This document shows positions 24,801 to 39,000 of a DNA stretch of 64,000 nt, in pieces (position 1 is the stretch's first letter; each line of letters opens with the position of its first letter). The notes under the pieces were generated by a model. That model did not search any database, was not told the DNA's origin, and worked only from the letters and a program-made list of their open reading frames with translations. The stretch is from Cenococcum geophilum (taxonomy: Eukaryota): NCBI GenBank assembly GCA_050273025.1, contig CP158635.1, positions 8,556,001 through 8,620,000 of the forward strand, read 5' to 3'. The position numbers and the translations under genes were made by a program.

Positions 24801-27338
24801 ATAGAGGCCTATCTCTCTACTATCTATACTAGGTAAGATATTAGAGTCCATAGTTACCAAGAGAATATTATACGCGGTAGAGACCTTTAGACTACTACCT
24901 ATAAATTACTTTAAGGTAAGAAAGAAGCGCTCCACTAAATAGGCGCTGCTGCTACTATAAGAATATATCTATAACGCATAGAGGTCTAAAAAGGTACTTA
25001 GCCTTATTAGCTTTAATATAAAGGGTGTATACAACGGAGTATATAAAGAGAGGCTACTATAGAGGCTTACAGTAAGAGGTATACCGCCAGTGCTAGTACG
25101 GTAGATTAATGCATTCTGCTCTAATTAGACGGCGACTATCTTAGTTAACGGCCATACCTCTAATTAGCAACAGTTACTATAAGTAGGACTACCGTAAGAA
25201 TTACCGCTCTTACTAATACTATTCCTCTTTTTTAATACTAACCTAGTTTAGCACCGGCTTAATATAAATAGAGGCTTAATAACGTTTATAGACAACTATA
25301 ATATATAGGTTATAGGACCATCAGCAGCAGTAAACCGCAAAGGCATTTAGGCTATTATTAATAGAGTAATAAACTAGGAGAAATGAAGCGGCGCAACATT
25401 TAAAGGTAAAAAGACTATGTTAGTGCACTTTATAAGAAATGCGGACCGGACTAATACTACCCCATTTATAATTAAGGGAAAAACAGTTACACTAGGGCAT
25501 ATAGCTAAGATCCTAGGGGTAGTTATAAATGCAAAGCTTCGGTATAAGCAATATATTATAAAAGCAGCCACTAAGGGCCTTATCGCAGCTATAGCACTAA
25601 AGAGACTCTAGATGGTATCCCCTTCGACTATAAGACAGCTATTTAGGGCAACGGTAGCGCTAGTAGTGGATTACGCCTTAAATATCTAGATACATGCCTG
25701 CGGGGGTTCTGCTATAGCTATAATAAATAGGGTATAAAGAATTAGAGCATAGGTAATTATAGGAACTTTCCGTATAGTAGCTATAGTTATTAGGGAGACT
25801 AAAGTAAGTATACGGTTAGTACGCGAGCGGCACTTAAAGAGGGCTACTAAGCTATAGGTTAACCTCCACACGCTATATAAGACAAACCCACTATTAAGGC
25901 TCCGCACTAAGGTGCTCTAGAGGTTTACGTCCCTATTATAGAAGATAGCCTATATACACTAATATATACTAACAGATAAGATAGAGGTTATTTAACCCTA
26001 TATAGTACCACTATAGGAAGACCAACTGCCTATAAGTATTAACCTAGATAAAGATAAGGTAACTAAAACAGCTAACGCCACCTAAGGGATATAGATCGCA
26101 ACGAGCTCATCTAGGAGGAGAGGCATAGTAGAGATAGGAGGTATTATCTATAACACCCTTAGCAATACGCTAAATAGGGAAGCGGTTATATACTTAATTA
26201 TACTAGAATTAAGAGTAGAATAGAACCTATATATGGCTGAACTGGCGGCAATATTAATAGCAATAAGATACTTACCGTCAGATCTATAGGGGAGACAGAT
26301 TACTGTATTTACTAGTAATTAGGTAGCACTACTAGCGCTTAGCTAACCTAAGCAACAGTCTAGCTAAATAAGTATTACATAGATCTATAATATAGCCCGC
26401 ACGCTAAGGTAAAGAAATAACCGCTTTCTTATTATATAGGTCCTATAAGGGGAGTTCAAACTAGGTAAGAAGGTAAAAAAAGTAGCACAGCGAGCTACTA
26501 TATAAGGACGCCTACCGCAAGAATAATAACACTAGGCTAAGGCTATAATAATAAACACCGTAAAAATAAAACAGTAGGGTAGGAAAACACTGCCGGAAGA
26601 AGTAGGAAGGTACTTAAGAAAAATGGACATAGCGCTACTAGGTAAATATACCCATAGGCTATATAACTCCCTTAAGTAAGGAGAGGTAAACATATTGGCC
26701 TAGTTACGGATAGGAATGATATAACTTAATAGGTATCTACACCACATTAGAGCGGCAGAATTAAATCAATATAATTACAGACAGGTAAGAGAAATAGTTA
26801 AATACTTCCTCTTTAGGTGTATAAAATAGACAGTATATTAAGAGCAAATGCTGCAGCAAACAGACATAAGAAGAGGCAGCTTATCCTTCTATCTTAGGGG
26901 GAAGGCGCTAACCGACCCTAGACAGTAGATACTAAACATAGACGCGGTCTGAGTAATAGTAAAATATGCAATAGCTACTAGACGACTTAAGGCAGAATTA
27001 GATTAATAACCCGTCCACCACAGTTAGAAACTCCTCCCCCCCCTTTTACGCTTTAATTAACCCATATTACGTACCCTCGTGCCACTAGTAAATCTTGCTT
27101 TAATTGCCGAAGATAGGACACTAAACACTTAGAGGAATAGCCCCCTAAGACTACCTGCTACTAACCACCTATAAGATCTCGCAGAATAAGGTATAAGTAA
27201 CACTAGGGAGTACTAAATAAGGCATATATACGGGCTTGTACAAGAATATAGCGAGACTAAAGGAAGTAGAATTATGTAATATAGTACTAGTGCCCTTTAG
27301 GCTTAGTACCTCCGGGCGGAATAAACTTCATCATCATT
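21846..27338 (+). mobile_element. Full-length RIPped Tad-like LINE (ORF1 with CCHC knuckles; ORF2 endonuclease-RT-RNase H-zinc finger)
   Basis: TSD ATAAATCCGACG (21834-21845) / ATAAATCCAACG (27339-27350); AATAAA plus (CAT)n tail; knuckles about 23060-23220; KAPG-DG and WRPISLL-TLGK motifs; F-DD(N)Y near 25285; ET--HFLF-C near 26790. Confidence 0.88.
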
Positions 27339-27858
27339 ATAAATCCAACGCTCCGTAGTAGGATTTTAACCAAACCCAGTTAGATTAGCAGGTGCTTGGT
27401 TACCGGGTAGGCACACTAGAAAATCGCTCATATCTGCTCCTATATTTTAAAATTCTTTCACGGAGCACCTAAGAGCTTATAGGCGTTGTTTTAGTGAAAC
27501 TTAAATATTTAAGAATTGATTTTTATTATAGCCTAACCATTATAGTTATAGTAGATTTATTTAATGTATTAGATTCTTTAAGTAATTGTTTCCTTCCTTA
27601 GATATATTAGAGCCCTATGTTAATTATATTAAGATATAAAATTCGGTATTAGAAAGAGAAAGTTAGATTTTAAATAGAATCTTTATAAATTTTAATTTAA
27701 TATAGATATAATATATCTACTATATAGAGTAGATAGAGGAAACAGAGAGCTTATACCTTATATTAATTTTAAAGTAATTAGACAATAGAAAGGTAGTAAA
27801 GTTTAGCAGTAATTTAAGAATCTATTAGTTAAATTACACCTATAAGCTCTTAGGATAT

Positions 27859-28083
27859 AAAACCTTTTACTACATCTATAACCTTACTAAAAGGTAGCGC
27901 CGTACTTTAAAACTTACGCATACCTATCTTGCTATTTAAAACTATTACTTTTCCAACTCCTAAGACTTAATTCCGCCTACTTAGTAAGCTGGAGGTAGAT
28001 ATATTCTCCTTATTACCTCCTTTCTCTATAATAAAAGACTTAGTAAAAAGGGGTCTTAGCTTATAAGCGACGTATAGATAGAA
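27859..28083 (+). mobile_element. 5' fragment of the ORF1-only retroposon family, interrupted by Gypsy C
   Basis: Aligns by eye with 45790-46015 (AACCTTAC-AAAAGGTAGCGCC, TTACGCATACC-ATCTT, TTTTCCAACT, TAGCTTATAAGCGA). Confidence 0.7.
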
Positions 28084-31000
28084 TATAAGGGATATTATTG
28101 CGGTTACCTCGGGTTGCCCTTAGGACAACCCCTAGATACTCCTTAGACGTCTATTAGTTACGTACTAAAGGCACGTATCCGTAGTATATAGTCTCTATAA
28201 TCCTAGAGGCCTTACCTCCTTAAGGATTTATCTCTCTTATTAATATATTCTATTCTATAATCGTGTCCTTATAGCCCCCTATTTATAAAGTCCCCTTATA
28301 TTTAAATCCTTCTTACTCTATTAAAAAGGACAGCTGGCTTAAGGACTAGATTATTTATTTATATTTTTTATTTATAACCACTATTCTTTCTTAAAAATCT
28401 CGCGACAACCTAAATAGAAACTCTATAAATACCTTATAGAAAGCTATCACGCTAAGGTAGAAAGGTCCCTTTAATAGTAAGAGATTGCGATAATATAAAC
28501 CTCTGGGTAAGATAGCTAAACAAGCCTTAATATCTAAATGCGCTAGAAGCTTAAAGACTTTTATATATCTATAGTTACCGCTAAGGAAAATATAAACACC
28601 CTCTATAATAGTTATAACGCTATTAAAAAGTAATTAGAGTTCCTTTAGCCCCATATAGGCTAATTAAAAGATTAAGCGCTAGAGGTAACTTTAAGATCTT
28701 CTTCTAAGTTAGAAATGCTAGAGGAATATACTAATATATTTAACTAAGGAAATAACTAGAACCCTCCTAGAAGACTGCAGGCCTATAATTAGTATAGTAG
28801 TAGTATATAGACTGCTTATAAGCTAAGTGGGCCTACCCTATTAGGTAATTTAACCTAACTACTAACTTAAACCTAAGCCTTATTAGGAAATCTATACTAG
28901 TTATTAGTAGTAATACTACCTTTATAGCTAGAGCTTCTTTAAGGCCAAGGTTAGAAAGTTAAAAACCCTAAACCAATTGTCTTTAAGATAGATATTAGAA
29001 AGTTGCTATAAGGCTCTTAGAAGCTATATAGGAAGGAACTACTAATAAATATATTAGAAACCTTTAGGGGTAGGTCTAAATCTAGTAGAGCTTAATTTAG
29101 GCTAAATAAAATCCTTTATAACTTAGCTAAGGCTAAAGGCTTTCTAAAAGCTACCTAATACCTACCTAAGAAGGTATAGAAGACTTAGAGAGGCATTAAC
29201 GCTATAAATAGAAAAAGGATATAGACTAACTATTTAAGGCCTTTAGTAGTTTAGAACTCCGCTATAGACCTAACGCCTAGTAGTTAGACAATTGGGTTTA
29301 TAAGGTAGATAACTTCTTTAAAATACTAATAATATAAGATAATACTAAAGAGCGTATATAATAGATTATTAGCAAGATTAAGATTAATCCCTAAACTAGA
29401 TTGCACTTAATTAGCTTAATAAAGAGTAAATTAGTATATAGCCGTAGCTATAAACCTTTCTAAAGAAGTTGACTTAAGATCTATATATTGTATAATATAA
29501 TAATATAGAGCAATTCTAGAATAGGATATAGCTTAACCGCTATAACTTCTGCTAGTTTATAAACTTTATAGAAACTTATACTTAATAAATAGATCTAAAA
29601 CCCTTTAAAAATAAGGATAGTAGCATCTATAAGAAGGAAAAAAAATTAGGTTTATCTAGGCTAAAATTAAGCTAGTAATTTATAATAAAATAAAGTACGT
29701 AGGAGCCCTATTGCGGATTACTATATATATAGATTTTAAACAAGTGGTTCTAAATGCTAAAAATATAGTAAGGAACTAGACCCCTTTTAGCAGGAGGCTA
29801 GGGGGTTATTAAAAGCGTAGGCACTTTAATAGTAATATAGGGCAGACCTAACCTTTAAAGAAGCCGTTCTTAAAGAGAACTTTAAAAGGGTTAAAGTTAG
29901 GGGCCTTAAGTAATTGGAAAGACTTCTAGGGCTAACCTAATACCCGTTTAGTACCTTTATAGAAATACTTTAAAAAGTTAAGAGAAAACTCCAAAGGTAG
30001 ATTCTATTAGAAAAATAAGTAGGGTAATAACCGTACTAATAATCTGAAAAAAGAAAAGCCCTAGTTGTGGATTTTTCCTAGCTGTAACTAGGGTAAGATA
30101 TAAAAGAAAAGACGCTTTATATTGCTATTAAGCTAGAAATAGTACTTCTTATAGGTAAGGTATAATAGTTTTAAGTACTATATAATAGCGGCGCCGAAAT
30201 TAATCTTATATAATATAATTTGGTAAAAGAGTATAAGCTTATTCTATTACTAAGGTAGCGGAAACCTATTATAGGCTTTTTAGATAAGTATTATATTAAA
30301 CTATATAGTGCCTATAAGCTTATAGTATGAATAGCCGATATATATAACCGTACTAAGGTGGTTAGCCTATAACCCTTCTAAGTAGCTAACTTTATAAGTT
30401 ATAACCTTATTCTTAAATACCCTTAGCTTATAAAAGTAGATTTTAAAATACGCTTTAAAACAGGAGCCTTTAAATAATAGAATAATAAAGAATTGGAGGG
30501 GCGTATATTACTAATAAGCTTAAAAGATATACTAAAAGATATAGCTCTAAGTAAAATAATATACGCTTTATATCTAAAGGAGTATTAGATCTAACCCCAA
30601 TTTAATAGTAAGATAGGTATAAAGCCTAGTATAGGTAATAACCCCTTTATAATAGAGACCCTATAAAAAAAACCACTAAATAGGTCGCGGAGATATTATA
30701 AAGAGGTGGCGATCTTAAGGATTTTATAAGATACTTTAGCCGTTATAGGTTACTCTAGCTTAAGTAATACGCGGAGAGTATACTATAGTACTTTAAACGC
30801 TATATTAAAGATTTTTCTACCCTCTACTGGCTACTATATAAAACGATTTAATATATAGTAGTAACTATATATAAACAACTACTATAGCGCATAATGCTGC
30901 CCATAAATATTCTAAAGAAGCTTTAGGATTTACCTAATAATAATATAGAGGATAAACGCAACCCTAATTTATTAAATATTCTATTAGGCTTAAGAAACTT

Positions 31001-34000
31001 ACTAAGGGTATTTTTAGGTAGATGAGCTAAAGTCCTACTATAAAACTTGGAATATAATTATATAATTAATTTAAAAGAAGGCAAATAACTACTAAACCTT
31101 TTTATCTATAACCTCTCTTATAAAGAGCTTAAGATTCTATAGGAGTACCTTAATAGGTTATTAGAAAAGGGGTAGATCTAGTTTAGTAAGTCGCTAGTAG
31201 GCGCTATAATCTTCTTTATCCTAAAACTATAAGGCTATATATAGACTATCGCGGTTTTAATAAGATTATAATTAAAACCTATTACCCACTACTACTGGTT
31301 AGTAAAATGCTAGATTAACTATTTAGGGTAAAGATTTTTACGAAGCTAAATCTATAAGATGCCTATTATAGGCTTTTAATTAAGAAAGGGGATAAGTAGA
31401 AAACCCCTTTTAAGACCTAATACGGCCACTTTAAGTATATGGTAATGCCTTTTAGGCTAGCTAATACGCCTATAATATTCTAATTGTATATTTATAGAGC
31501 CTTAGGAGGACTAGTTAACTATATATACGTTATCTATTTAAATAATATTGTAATCTACTTAGAAGATAAGGATTAGTATAAGTAATACGTCTGCAAAGTA
31601 CTAGAACGTTTAGATAATTTAGGCCTCTATACTAAGGCGTTAAAGTATATCTTTAATACTAAGTAGGTTAAGTTCCTAGGTTATATTATAATACCTATAG
31701 GTATAGTTATAGACCTAGTATAGGTATAGATAATATAAAAGTGGCTAGAGCTAGAGAGCTATTAGAATATTTAAGTGTTTTTAAGCTTTGCTAATTTCTA
31801 TAAGTGCTTTATTTATAACTATTCGGACGTTACCTAATACCTATTTAACTATATTGTGGAAGCTTCCTAAGACCTAGCCTAAGGAGTAAAAAGCTTTAAG
31901 GCAGGAAGAAAGAAAACTAAGAAGGGACTAACTAAATAGTATAAACTATAGTTATGGCCTAAAAATGGTTAGAAGGCCTTTTAGGAACTATATATAAAGT
32001 TTATAAAAGCTTTATTACTACGGCATTTTAACCTAGATTAGTTACTAATAATAGTTACTAATATATTAAATTTTACCCTTATTAGTATTTTACTATAACC
32101 TAATAGGTATCTAGATACTACCTAGCTCTACTAAAGACTAATAATATTTTATAGTAGAAAATTCTAGGGACCTAAAGTTAGGTATTATACCCATAATAAG
32201 GAACTGCTAGCTATAGTTAACTACTTTAAATAGTGGCGATATTACCTTAAGCATGTAAGCCATACTACTTATATACTCTACTTTATAACTATAAAAAAGC
32301 TTATACCTTAATAAGCTAGATAGGCAGAGGAGCTTATATAATTTAATTTTAAGATTAAATATAAGCTAGGGGAGAATAACCCTGTTAATAGACCGTTATA
32401 ATAGCTAGACTATGCTAAAGGCTTTAAAACAGGAGAAGGAAAATAGATAATATATATCTTACTCCCTATATTATAGAATAAGCTCTGGGTATAGAATGCT
32501 TAAGTGCCTATAACTCTATATACTAAGTCTTAGGCGGTGTAAACCCTATTAGTCTCTACTAATATTCTAGCTAGTACCTAGTCCGTTACTATTAAGGGTC
32601 TAAATATACCTAAATAGGATGTCCCTAATATATTCTTAGAACCTAGTAATATATTACCCCTAATTACTAAGCTATCCCCTTAAACTAATAGTAAAGCTAT
32701 AAAGCAATTAGAACTTAGAGCCCTATAATAACTAAAGGACTTTAACCTTATAGCGACCTTCCTAATATACGCGTATTAAAGAGTTATAAGATCTATAGTA
32801 CTATCTAGTTTTATACTTAGAGTAGTATAAAATAAAATAGCTTTTATCTAGGAAATATCTATAAGGTGTAATAGAGGGACGCTTCCAATACTATCTTTAA
32901 TATAAAAGTAGACCAAAAATATAATAGAAAGAAAGCTGCTAAGCGCTACTATTAAGAACTAGACTTAGTGGGCCTATTATATAAATATAGTAAGGTTTAG
33001 GTGCTATAAGAAGTAAATCTATAATAAGAGATCCTTATAAAGAATTATAACAATCCTTTAGGCGGCTACTATGGTTAAGCTAAAATAGTAGAATTACTTT
33101 AGCGTAAATACTATTGGCTAAAGCTTAAGTAGGAAGTAAAGAAGTATATTATCTATTATAAGAAGTATTAAGTATATAATATCTATAGGTATAAGCTATA
33201 GGGTCTACTTAAATTAATTCCTCATACTAGTAAGCTATAGCAATATTACGCTATAGACTTTATTACGAATCTCCTACTATTTAAAGATAGTTAAGGACGA
33301 ATATATAATTCGGTCCTTATACTTATTAATAGGTTTTTAAAATACGTCTAATACCTTTTTGTTAATAAGATAATTAATATATAAGCGCTTGCTAACCTAA
33401 TTAAGGAAAAATGCTTCCTTAAAGTAGAGTAGCTATACTTTATTATTACTAATAGAGGCAGCGTCTTTATAAGCTAGTACTAGTTAGACCTATACTTCCA
33501 TTTAAAGATAGACTGCTATTATAGTATAGCTTTCTATTTATAAATAGATGGGTAAATAGAACGCTAGAACTAGGAACTAGGGTCTTAGTTATAAATATAT
33601 TTAAACTACTAGTAAGATAATTAGTATAAGCTACTTCTAAACGCGGAGTACGTCTATAATTTAAAGTAATATATATTATATAAGTATGTACTAATCCAGA
33701 TTGCCTATAGCGTCTAATTATTTGAGTTTAATAGTATATCTAGTAATTACTAGCTAAGGCCCTATAATTAATTATAGGATCTTACTAGGAAGTTTAAGGA
33801 CATTTACTAAAGAATATAAGGGTACCCCTAGAAATAGGAGGAGTAATAAAAGTATGTGGAGTAGAGCCTATAAGATGCCTAAAAGTAGTAAAGACTTTAG
33901 TATAACCGTAAACACTAGAATAAGTATTTTAGAGTAGGTAATAAGGTTCTATTATGTTTAATAAATATTAAGACCTGTTAACTATTAAAGAAGCTTAACA

Positions 34001-34432
34001 TAAGATACCTAGGTCCCTTTTAAGTTAAGGAATAAATTAGTAAGCTAGCCTACTATCTTTAGCTACCTCTATTTATAGCCTATATATATTTAGTGTTTTA
34101 TATAAACCTACTAGAGCTATAGTATAGACTACTACTAGAAAAGAACTTCTATCTAGGCCCAATTGAATACCCTAAAGTAGTAGGCGAGCAGTATAAGGTT
34201 AAAGCTATACTACGCTATAAGTTTATTAAGAATAAGCTTTAATATAAAGTTAGATAGCTAGGCTAGCCCACTAAGGACTCTATATAGAAACTAGAGGATT
34301 ACCTTAGTTACTATAAAGATATTCTAAAAGAATATTAGGACTAAGGTCTACACAATCTACAATCGCAGAAAGCGCTCTAATACTATAATGTTATCGCGAC
34401 CTATATAAAAAGCTTATAGTAGGCTATAAGAG
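28084..34432 (+). mobile_element. RIPped Ty3/Gypsy chromovirus C; putative 5' LTR 28084-28273; 3' LTR not found
   Basis: Protease LY(D)SGAEINLI near 30180; RT YL(DD)IVIY near 31535; integrase about 33050-33700; chromodomain EQY(E)V(E)AIL near 34190. Confidence 0.75.
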
Positions 34433-36063
34433 GGTTACGAACCTTATAAGAACAGTAGTATAACTACTAAGGAGAGACATATATGGGTTGGTTAAGATAG
34501 TATAAAAGGCACTAGAACTGATTAAGCTATAGGATAAGGGTTATATAGGTAGTTACGTTATAAGTTTAGAACGTGGGAACGTGGGAATATAGGAACGTAA
34601 CGTACTAACGTACTAATATACCAATATACTTAGTATATTTCTTAGGCACAGTATTGTATGTTTAAAGGACCTTAGTCTTTAGTATAGATAGTTCTTTTCT
34701 TTATAGTAAATCTTAGAATATAATTAGAGCTAATCTATTAGGCAACCTACTCTACTAGTTATTTACGTTGTTAACTATTCTATACCTATATACCTAGCCT
34801 ATTAACAAGTCCATTGTAGTATTTCCTATAAGGCTTTATTATATATTTACTACTGCGGTTATAGTAAAGGAAGTTAAATAATATGCCACCTAAGTAAGCA
34901 ACTATAACGCTATCTATAATAGCAACTTCTTTAAGATCGGAAGGAGACACTAATATGCATAATAATAACTTATAAGTAGTTATAATAAACTAGTTAAGAA
35001 GTATTATTAAGCAGAATAATACTAATAATTAGGCACTGCTTTAACAAATCTTAGACATAAAAAAAGAAAAGATTAAGATGTCATTAATTAAAAGGTTTGT
35101 AGGAGAAAATTATAAGCTAAAGGGATTCCTTATATAAATAAGATTAAAGATCTAATATAAAGGAAGTAAGTTAGAATAGGTAGCGGATTAGGTAGCGTAT
35201 GTAGGGTTATTCTTAACGGGTAGGGTACTTAAGTAGTTTAAACCTTATCTTATGGAGATATAGGCTAATAGATTAGCAACCACTAACTTAAAAGCGTGGT
35301 ACATATTCTTAAGCTAGAAGAGATTTACTAGCAGGCTAATGCAGATATACGAAGATCTAGAATTAATAGCAACGACTAAAGAAAAGCTATATTAGCTTAC
35401 GCAAAAGGGATCGGCGATAGACTATATAACGTAGTTTTAGATACTAGTGGCGTAGACTAAGTAAAACTAAGGGCGTTAATAGCTCAGTATAGAAGGGGAC
35501 TAAAGGCTAAAGTTTAAGCGACTATAATACCGATGGACGATTTAAGCGATATAAGAGAGCTAATTAAATAAGCTATTAAAGTAGATAACCGGCTATACTA
35601 AAGCGGGAAATTAAATAGAATATAGCAGGGACTGGCATATACGAAAAAGAGATAGCAAATATTTAGACTATAGTATGGCGTAGAGCTAATAGATCTAAGT
35701 AGTACTTAAGAATATAAGAATAGATGACTATAAAAACCTAAAAGGTAAAAACTAAATAATTAAAGACCTAAGGAGTAGAGGCCAAACTAGGGATCTTATT
35801 AGTAGAAGACGTTTAGGCGGACTTTATAATAAAAAAAGTAGTATAAAGAAGAAGCTTATATAAACTATAAGAAGTAAGGTTATTTTGCTAGAGACTATAG
35901 GAGTAGTTAGTATAACCATATAGTAAAGAGAACTAGATTAGTAGACTATATATATAAAGGGATAATAATATACTATAAGGAATAAAAGAATATTTAATTA
36001 AAAGCTTTGCGTTTTATTATAATAACGAATGCTAAGTTTATAAGGACGCTAAGTATAGCATAA

Positions 36064-39000
36064 TGTAACGGAACCTTGTAGCAAGAACTACGATGGGTTC
36101 GTCAATGGGCTAGGTATATAGGAAATGCAAGTACAAAAGTCAACAACGTAATAACAACTGGTGGAGTGGTTGCCCAACAGATTAACTCTAATTGTATTCT
36201 AAGAATCACTATAAGGAAGGAACTATCTAGGTAGGGACTAAGGGTCCTTAAATACACAACCGTACTTCTATGAAATCCTTCTTGTACGTAATGTACGTAT
36301 TATCTATATTAGACGTAACGTCCCTTACATTTAACACAGCTAACGCGTCTAACTATTATGTAACTTGCTTACTATTCTTTATTATATAGTTCTATCGGCT
36401 CTATTCTAGACCATGCCTAAATTAACTAACTAGCTTCCTCCGACTCCTCTCTAAGTAGTTATAATATTGTACTTAAAGTGTCCGTAACACTATTTCCCTC
36501 CTTTTTATCTTCGTCCTTAAAGATACCTAGCATCTTTAAGTCGTTTACTAGAGGTATAATATCCGTCTAATTAATTTGGTTAATATCGTTACTTATTATA
36601 CCTAAAGCACCTTCTTCCCTTTCCTGGGTTAAGCGTCGTCTTCGTACCATTTCTTTGATATTGTCGCTAGGTAAAGTGATAGCAATTCCTTACTCTTATT
36701 GTGCAAAAGAGGGGTTAAGTTGCGTTGCGATCGCGAGTCCTTCCGGTCGCTAACCTTCCTCTTATTTAGAATACACTCGCGCCAATATACGTTTATTATA
36801 TGATATTTATTCCGCATCTAATGCCAAATATACGCGTTCTATTACTCTTAATAGTTGTCTAGTTCCCTAATTGATTTATCTTAGGGTTTTATATTTAATC
36901 TGCTGCTACAAAGCTTAATAGTAAGCTAGCGTCTATATTACTTAAGGTTTAACGTGCCTTAGAAGAGTCTACGCGCGTCCTTAAAGCCTAACGTTTGGCT
37001 TATACTCGTCTTTAGCGTCTTAAGAAAGTTTATAAGAAGGTTTATTCTAAGGAGTAGAAACTTATAGAACAAGGTTTATAGGAACTAGGTAATGAAAGAA
37101 CGGATTCTCTTCTAATAGAGAAAGAAATAGATCTAAGTAGTTCGGCAACTGCTCTTCTTAGGTCCCCCTTAGGTGACTTATTCTTTGGCGATCCTTTTTT
37201 ATTAATGCTGCCCGACCTAATCTCTTCCGATACTCCTATACCTTTCCTATAGCATTCTTTAGGTTCTCTAGTAGCTCCTAGGTAGTCTTAGTATAGCCTA
37301 TCCACTTAACCTTGTACTATATTTCGTCATCGATGTCCTTATAATTAACGATCTTTAATACTTACCATTCGTCTTCTTCTTGTCCTCTGTACGTGTCTGC
37401 TTTATAGACTAGTAGCTTAATATCTCTATATGCTGGCTCTAGTATCGCGATATGCTGTATAGGGTAAATCTTCATTTTGGCTGGTAGGTTTAACTTAAAT
37501 GTGACTAATGAAATTCTTTTCTTAATTTCGAAAGGTCCTAGTCTAACATAGTCCAATTTCTTGCTTAGTCGTCGACTCTTGAAATTTTTATATAGTAGCC
37601 ACACTTTATCTCCCTCCTTAAGATCTGGTCCCTTAGATCTCTTAGCATTATAGTACTTTTTTATTCTTTCTTGTACTTTCCTTGCTAATTCTATAAGGTC
37701 TGCATAAAGATTCATCAACGTCTTTATTCTTTCTTTAGCTGTACTACTCGTTTTCTTCGCTTACTATAGTAACAACAATGTTCTCAGCTTATATCCGTAA
37801 TTTGCCTTAAATAGTAATATGCCTATTCCTTCTTAAGGTGTTATATTATATATAAACTATATAACTGGTAACAGTAATACCTAATTATTCTATGCATAAT
37901 TAATATAATGCCTTAGATACTATTCTAGCGTCTAATTTAATCTTTCTATTTAACCGTCTGTCTACGGATAATATGCGGTGGAAGTTACTGCTTAAACTCC
38001 TTACTCCGCTAAAAACACTTCCTAGAATACTACTATAAATCTTAGATCTCTATCTAATATAATTTTGCTTAGTGCTCTATATCTTACAAACACTTCTTTA
38101 ATATAAATTCTAGCAACATCTTCCGCTAAGATTTCTTCTATGCATGCTATAAAGTATCCCTACTTTATAAGCTTATCTACTATTACTAAGATTGCGTTAT
38201 AATCTTATCCGGTAATAGGATCTTTTAATTTTAGCAACTTAATAATAAAGTTCTATAATATAACCTCCTATAGTCTTTCTGGTATTTTAACAGGTTATAG
38301 CCCCCCATATAGCTTATGCCTTATCGGTTTATTCCTTTAGCAATTTAGATATTCCTTTATAACCTTTCTAGCTATCCTCTAGATTCTATTAATAATGTAC
38401 TCCTTCTAAAGTCTTAACACTAAGCCTATAGCTCTATTATATCCTTAGGTTAGTCCCTTATAAAAGTCCTCTACAAACTGCTCTGCTATGCTTCTTAGGA
38501 TATACTTTACTTCTTAATTTTCGTATATATCCGTCTGTAGATCTTCTAGCTATACTTCTAGAATTCTTTATACCTAAAAGCTTTCCGGTATCTCGTAGAC
38601 CTTTTTTAGTTTATTATCTTCTTAAGTTGCTATAATTCTTAGATAATTGTACCTAATTAATCTATCTATATCTTTTCGCAATAAAGCCCCTAATGGCTTT
38701 TCCTTATTTTGTAGTTTAGCTTTACGGCTTAGAGCATCTGCCCGCGTATTGTCTATACCCTTAGTATACTAAATCTCGAAATAGTATTTCGTAAGCATCT
38801 CTGCCCATCTAACCTATCTTTAGTTAAGTTCCTTTGTTGTTAGGAATCCTGTTAGGTTCTTATAATCTGTCTTAACCACAAATAGTTTCTCTATGCCTTG
38901 TAAGAATGCTCTCTATTCCTTTAATACTACAACTATACCTAATAACTCCTTGTTATAGATATCATAGTTTAACTCTAGTAGTGTTATCTTTTAACTATAG

